DNA from: Gemmatimonadaceae bacterium
GTDB lineage: Bacteria; Gemmatimonadota; Gemmatimonadetes; Gemmatimonadales; Gemmatimonadaceae
Length of the DNA: 40,685 nucleotides
Direction: 5' to 3'
Assembly (NCBI GenBank): GCA_036398255.1
Contig: DASWQD010000291.1
Location: 1-40,685 of the forward strand
The position numbers and the translations under genes are program-made. Shown piece after piece: positions 36,530-40,685 of this stretch; the first letter of the stretch is position 1, and each line of letters opens with the position of its first letter. The notes beneath the pieces are model-generated. The model did no database searches. It was not told the DNA's origin and saw only the letters and a program-made list of their open reading frames with translations.

Positions 36530-37087
36530 TTACCGGGCCGGCTTGAAATGCGCGGCGAAAAGAATGGCAATCATGCTTTTTCCGTCTACCATCTCCCCCG
36601 TCTCGATCATCTGGAGCGCCTGGGACAGCGAGACGGGTGCAAGGTCGAGGATCTCGTCAGACTCCCGCTGTGACTCCCCTTCACTCAATCCCGCTGCTGC
36701 AAAAAGGTGGATCTTTTCGTCAGTGAATCCCGGCGTGGTATAAAAGGTCGTCAGGGGGATCAGTCTGGTCGCTGTGTAGCCGGTCTCTTCGCGCAGCTCG
36801 CGCAGCGCACATGTACGCGGATCTTCGCCTGCATCGAGCCGCCCGGCAGGGATTTCATACACGTATCCATCCGCAGCATACCGGTATTGGCGAATCAGGA
36901 CGACACGGGGATCGTCGCTTTGCGGATCGTCGAGAAATGGAATCACCGCGCTTGCCCCGGGGTGCCGCACAATTTCCAGCTCACCCGTCGAGCCGTCGGG
37001 AAATTGCACCATGTCCACATCCACGGAAATCACCCGTCCGTGGTAAGGCCTCCGCGACGATATGCGGCCCACGTCTTCCTTCTTCAA
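36530..37087 (-). CDS. NUDIX hydrolase (ADP-ribose pyrophosphatase NudF-like)
   Basis: IVRHPGA, IRQYRY, EIPAG..D.GE....ALRELREETG, PGFTDE, DGKS. Confidence 0.92.
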   Translation of the reverse strand: MKKEDVGRISSRRPYHGRVISVDVDMVQFPDGSTGELEIVRHPGASAVIPFLDDPQSDDPRVVLIRQYRYAADGYVYEIPAGRLDAGEDPRTCALRELREETGYTATRLIPLTTFYTTPGFTDEKIHLFAAAGLSEGESQRESDEILDLAPVSLSQALQMIETGEMVDGKSMIAILFAAHFKPAR

Positions 37088-38442
37088 TCTTCGGTGGCTT
37101 CGCGAACAGTGAGTGGCCCGATCGGCAGATTCTTCACTGGCTCTCGGATTACTTCCGGATTTCCTACGACGACCACCTGAAGCTCTTCCGGCCTTACATG
37201 GGCTCGGGCCGCAGCGAGCACGCCTGCTGTCGTCACTGCCGCAATGTTGGCGCGATACGTGTCGAAGTAGTCCTCGGGCAATCCGAACATCACCATGTTC
37301 GCGAGCGCTCCTGCAATCGCCGACGTGGTTTCATAACGGATCGGAAAGACGCCCTCCAGGTAACTGGTCGCCAGGGTCAGCTCGTCCTCGCTGATCTCCT
37401 TCTCCCTCATTCCATCGATCTCTCGAAGAGTCTCCGAAATAGCGGCTGCTGTTACTTCACTCTGAACTGCCGTGGAGATCACGAACGGCCCTGACTGCCG
37501 TCTCCAGTCGTAGTAGGACGACGCTCCGTAGGTATATCCGTGCTTCTCGCGAAGATTGAGGTTGATCCGGGACGAAAACAGTCCTCCAAGCACAGCGTTC
37601 ATCACGACGACATCGAAGTAATCCGGATGTGTTCTCGGAATGCCTACATGCCCTATGCGCAGCTCCGACTGCGCGGCATCCGGCTTGGCTACGATTTCCA
37701 CAGCACGCGTCAATCGCGACGGGCGATCAGCTTTGACCGTCTTCGCCTTCTCCTGGCCGGACCATGAGCCGAGCGTCGACTGCACCAGGCTTATCCCCTC
37801 GTCGAGAGTGAGGTCACCTGCAAGAATGACCGTCGTTGCGCCCGGGAGATAATTCTTCTTGTAGAACTCCGCTACATGGTGATGGCTGACAGCGGAAACC
37901 GATTTGCTGGTACCGCTCGCCGGCGACGCGTATCGCGAATCCGCCTGATACAGAAATCGCGAGAACGACTCATCGGCGAGCCCGCGCGGCTCATCGAGAA
38001 GCTGCATTCTTTCCGCCAGCCGCTCGGCCTTCAGTCGCTCGACATCCTCTTCCCGAAACGCCGGCGACAGCAGCGTTTCGGCGAATATCCTGAATGCTTC
38101 GCCAAGATTCCGCTTGAGTACAGTCAGGCTCGCGACGGTGCTGTCCCAGTCTGCTCCGGCCTCGAGTGATGTTCCAAGTTTTTCGAGGTCGAGTGTGAGC
38201 TGCACTCCGCTTCTCGAAGCCGTCCCCTCCCGCAGCGCCTCTGCCGTAAGCTCGGCCGTTCCTTCCCGCCCGAGTGGATCCATCAGGGCGGTTGCGTCTA
38301 TCACTGTCGCGACACTAACGAGAGGGAGCTTGGTTACCGTCGAGACAATTACCGTTATTCCATTGTCGAGACGGCGAGCGGAGAAACGGGGAAAGTGGTA
38401 TTCACGGGCCGGTCCCGGAACTGGCCTTGTGGCAAGTGTCAT
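37084..38442 (-). CDS. M16 (pitrilysin) peptidase, non-catalytic subunit
   Basis: LDNGI, no HxxEH, VLGGLFSSRIN.NLREKHGYTYG. Confidence 0.9.
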   Translation of the reverse strand: MTLATRPVPGPAREYHFPRFSARRLDNGITVIVSTVTKLPLVSVATVIDATALMDPLGREGTAELTAEALREGTASRSGVQLTLDLEKLGTSLEAGADWDSTVASLTVLKRNLGEAFRIFAETLLSPAFREEDVERLKAERLAERMQLLDEPRGLADESFSRFLYQADSRYASPASGTSKSVSAVSHHHVAEFYKKNYLPGATTVILAGDLTLDEGISLVQSTLGSWSGQEKAKTVKADRPSRLTRAVEIVAKPDAAQSELRIGHVGIPRTHPDYFDVVVMNAVLGGLFSSRINLNLREKHGYTYGASSYYDWRRQSGPFVISTAVQSEVTAAAISETLREIDGMREKEISEDELTLATSYLEGVFPIRYETTSAIAGALANMVMFGLPEDYFDTYRANIAAVTTAGVLAAARAHVRPEELQVVVVGNPEVIREPVKNLPIGPLTVREATED

Positions 38443-39752
38443 GACGCTGCCACCTCGATTTCTTCCTGCTCTGCATTTCCTTCAGCCTTCACGCGAGGAA
38501 CATAGAGGAGCTTGGCGCGGTTCTCCGGGCCAAGTCGTTCACGAATGAATGCGTTCACCCGCTCTGTCGTGACCGCGTTGTAACGAGCAGCCTGCTCGTT
38601 CACGAGCGAGGAATCCCCCAGCAGAGTGGCGAACATGGAGATCCTGTCAGCGCGTTCGCTGGCCGATTGCATGGCGGTGACCATGTCCGTCTGGATGAGC
38701 GCGACCGCTCGTTGTACTTCCTCGTCGGACACTCCGCCCTTTATGAGATTGTCGATCTCCCGCTCGACTTCTTCCTCGAGTTTCTCAGCCGATGTTTCGG
38801 GACGAGCAGTGACATCCACGATGAGGAGATCCCTTCCCTTTGCCAGGTCGAACGTAAACGCCGATGCATCTGCGGCGATCTGCCGCTCGCGGACAAGTGA
38901 CCGGTAGAGCCTGCTTCCCTGCCTCATTCCCAGGATTGCCCCGGTCACGCTGGCTGCGTAGTAGCCCTCGCTGCCGAACACCGGTGAGCGAAAAGCGAGA
39001 TACAGGCGGGAAAGGCTGACGTCGTCCTCGACTTCCAGTCTCAGCGTTTCGCCAAAGTGATCCGGCAGATCGAGACCTTCCAGCGGAGGTTTTCCCTTTC
39101 CGGGTGGGATATCACCGAAGTGTTTCTTGACGAGCGCTTTCGCATCCGCAGAATCGAAATCACCGGCAATCGACAGCACTGCATTATTCGGAGTGTAGAA
39201 AGTTCTGAAGAACTGCTCGACATCTTCGAGAGATGCAGCATCCAGATCTTCCATCGATCCGATCAGCGAGTGGTGAAATGGATGCGACGACGGAAACGCG
39301 AGCGCGGGCAGCTTCTCCCACCATGTTCCGTAAGGCTGGTTGTCGACCGACCATCTGCGCTCGTTTTTCACCACATCACGTTGTGTGTCGAGTTTCGCCT
39401 GTGTCATTGCCGGCAGCAGTGCGCCCATCCGGTCGGCTTCCAGCCATAGCGCCAGCTCCAGCTGATTCGATGGAACTGTCTCGAAATAATTGGTGCGCTC
39501 GAGCCACGTGCTTCCGTTCAACGTGCCGCCAGCTCGCTGAATCAGCTCGAAGTGCTCATTTGCCCCCACATGTTCGGATCCCTGGAAAAGCATGTGCTCG
39601 AAGAGATGTGCGAATCCGGTTCTGCCTTCGCGCTCGTTTGCTGAACCAACGTGATACCACAGATTCACCGCAACGATGGGAGCTGTGTTGTCCTGCGACA
39701 GCGTTACAAGAAGCCCGTTGTCGAGGCGGAAAGTTTCGATTGGTATTTGCAT
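38439..39752 (-). CDS. M16 (pitrilysin) zinc peptidase, catalytic subunit
   Basis: WYHVGS, GFAHLFEHMLF (HxxEH), NGST...RTNYF, VVKNERR. Confidence 0.94.
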   Translation of the reverse strand: MQIPIETFRLDNGLLVTLSQDNTAPIVAVNLWYHVGSANEREGRTGFAHLFEHMLFQGSEHVGANEHFELIQRAGGTLNGSTWLERTNYFETVPSNQLELALWLEADRMGALLPAMTQAKLDTQRDVVKNERRWSVDNQPYGTWWEKLPALAFPSSHPFHHSLIGSMEDLDAASLEDVEQFFRTFYTPNNAVLSIAGDFDSADAKALVKKHFGDIPPGKGKPPLEGLDLPDHFGETLRLEVEDDVSLSRLYLAFRSPVFGSEGYYAASVTGAILGMRQGSRLYRSLVRERQIAADASAFTFDLAKGRDLLIVDVTARPETSAEKLEEEVEREIDNLIKGGVSDEEVQRAVALIQTDMVTAMQSASERADRISMFATLLGDSSLVNEQAARYNAVTTERVNAFIRERLGPENRAKLLYVPRVKAEGNAEQEEIEVAAS

Positions 39753-39797
39753 GCCCGTAGATTGATGGCGCTTGTGGCAGAGTAACCCAATAACCTC

Positions 39798-40643
39798 ATG
39801 GCCTCAATCGCTCCCCGAAGACTGATGACAGTTCAGGCGCTGCTGGTGTCTGTATTCCTGCTCGTGGGGGTTCTCGCCTGGGTATTTCAGGAGCGTATCG
39901 CCTTCCAGCCCCCACGAGGCCCGTACCCTGACCCGGGTATCGTGCAGCGTGTCAGCTATTCAGCACGTGATGGCCAGCCTCTGTTCGCATATGTAATCGG
40001 CGAGCCGACGACGCCTCGCGGCATTCTCCTTGTCTTTCACGGCAATGCTGATCTCGCTGTCCGGTCTATCGACTGGGCTCAGGAGGTCGTGAAACGGACC
40101 GGAGCAGCTGTCATGCTCGCGGAGTATCGCGGATACATGGGACTCGAGGGGCGGCCATCGTATGAAGGGGCTCGCCATGACGCCGAAGCGGCATATCGCT
40201 ACGCGACCGACAGCCTTCAGGCGGAGAAAGAGCGGCTTGCGTTCTACGGCCATTCCCTCGGAAGCGCCATCGCAGCGGAGCTTGCAGTCGATCACCCACC
40301 TCGCGCACTGCTGCTCGAATCTCCGTTCACGTCCGCACGAGACATGGCCACGTCGATGGTCGGGACCTGGTTCACGGTCATCTTCTGGAGATTCGTTTCG
40401 CGGATTCACTTCGACACTGCCCGCATTGTCGAATCGCTCGATGTTCCCGTTTCAGTTGCTCACGGCGGGGGTGACCTGATCGTGCCGTGGAGAATGGGAG
40501 AAGAGGTATACCGCCGCGCCCGCAGAAAGGGAGAGTGGTTTTTCATTCCTCATGCGAGCCACAACGATCTGCGGGTCATCGGGGGTGATGGCTACTGGGA
40601 GTGGCTCACCCGATCACTCGCACAACTGACATCTGATGAATGA
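39798..40643 (+). CDS. Alpha/beta hydrolase (ABHD13/YfhR-like) with N-terminal membrane anchor
   Basis: FHGNA, EYRGY, GHSLG nucleophile, ESPFTS, HGGGDLIVP, ASHND. Confidence 0.9.
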   Translation: MASIAPRRLMTVQALLVSVFLLVGVLAWVFQERIAFQPPRGPYPDPGIVQRVSYSARDGQPLFAYVIGEPTTPRGILLVFHGNADLAVRSIDWAQEVVKRTGAAVMLAEYRGYMGLEGRPSYEGARHDAEAAYRYATDSLQAEKERLAFYGHSLGSAIAAELAVDHPPRALLLESPFTSARDMATSMVGTWFTVIFWRFVSRIHFDTARIVESLDVPVSVAHGGGDLIVPWRMGEEVYRRARRKGEWFFIPHASHNDLRVIGGDGYWEWLTRSLAQLTSDE

Positions 40644-40678
40644 ACGAGGCCCGTCGTACCAGGCCTCGTTCATTCATC
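40635..40678. terminator. Strong hairpin after the hydrolase (probable terminator)
   Basis: GATGAATGAACGAGGCC-N10-GGCCTCGTTCATTCATC, a 17-bp perfect stem. Confidence 0.65.
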
Positions 40679-40685
40679 TGGCTTT

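Overview
A gene-dense, roughly 60% GC bacterial chromosomal window. The gene set and protein style suggest Gemmatimonadota; this is an inference, not a database result. It holds about 35 CDSs and one tRNA-Phe(GAA). Housekeeping genes include tkt, pfkA, mutS, holA, ddl, cbs, queF, lspA, ada, a NUDIX hydrolase and an M16 peptidase pair. Others include a 2773-aa cyclic beta-1,2-glucan synthase (NdvB/Cgs), a PAS-GGDEF cyclase, an ECF sigma/zinc anti-sigma pair, a VIT-VWA protein cut by the left edge, and four small proteins, one missed by the ORF track. I found no integrase, transposase, CRISPR array or prophage. The most interesting signals are regulatory. (1) A sigma-54-type GG-N10-GC motif recurs upstream of six transcription units, four of which begin with tiny uncharacterised proteins. 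(2) A complete-looking UAS/IHF/-24/-12 layout drives the ECF sigma gene. (3) Many housekeeping genes have a leaderless TAnnnT-N6-8-start layout. (4) A 149-bp CACGGAG-rich inverted-repeat element lies upstream of tkt, and a CAGAG-repeat leader precedes the rhomboid gene. (5) QueF has a ~14-residue insertion between its catalytic Cys and Asp. All promoter calls are by eye and need TSS data.
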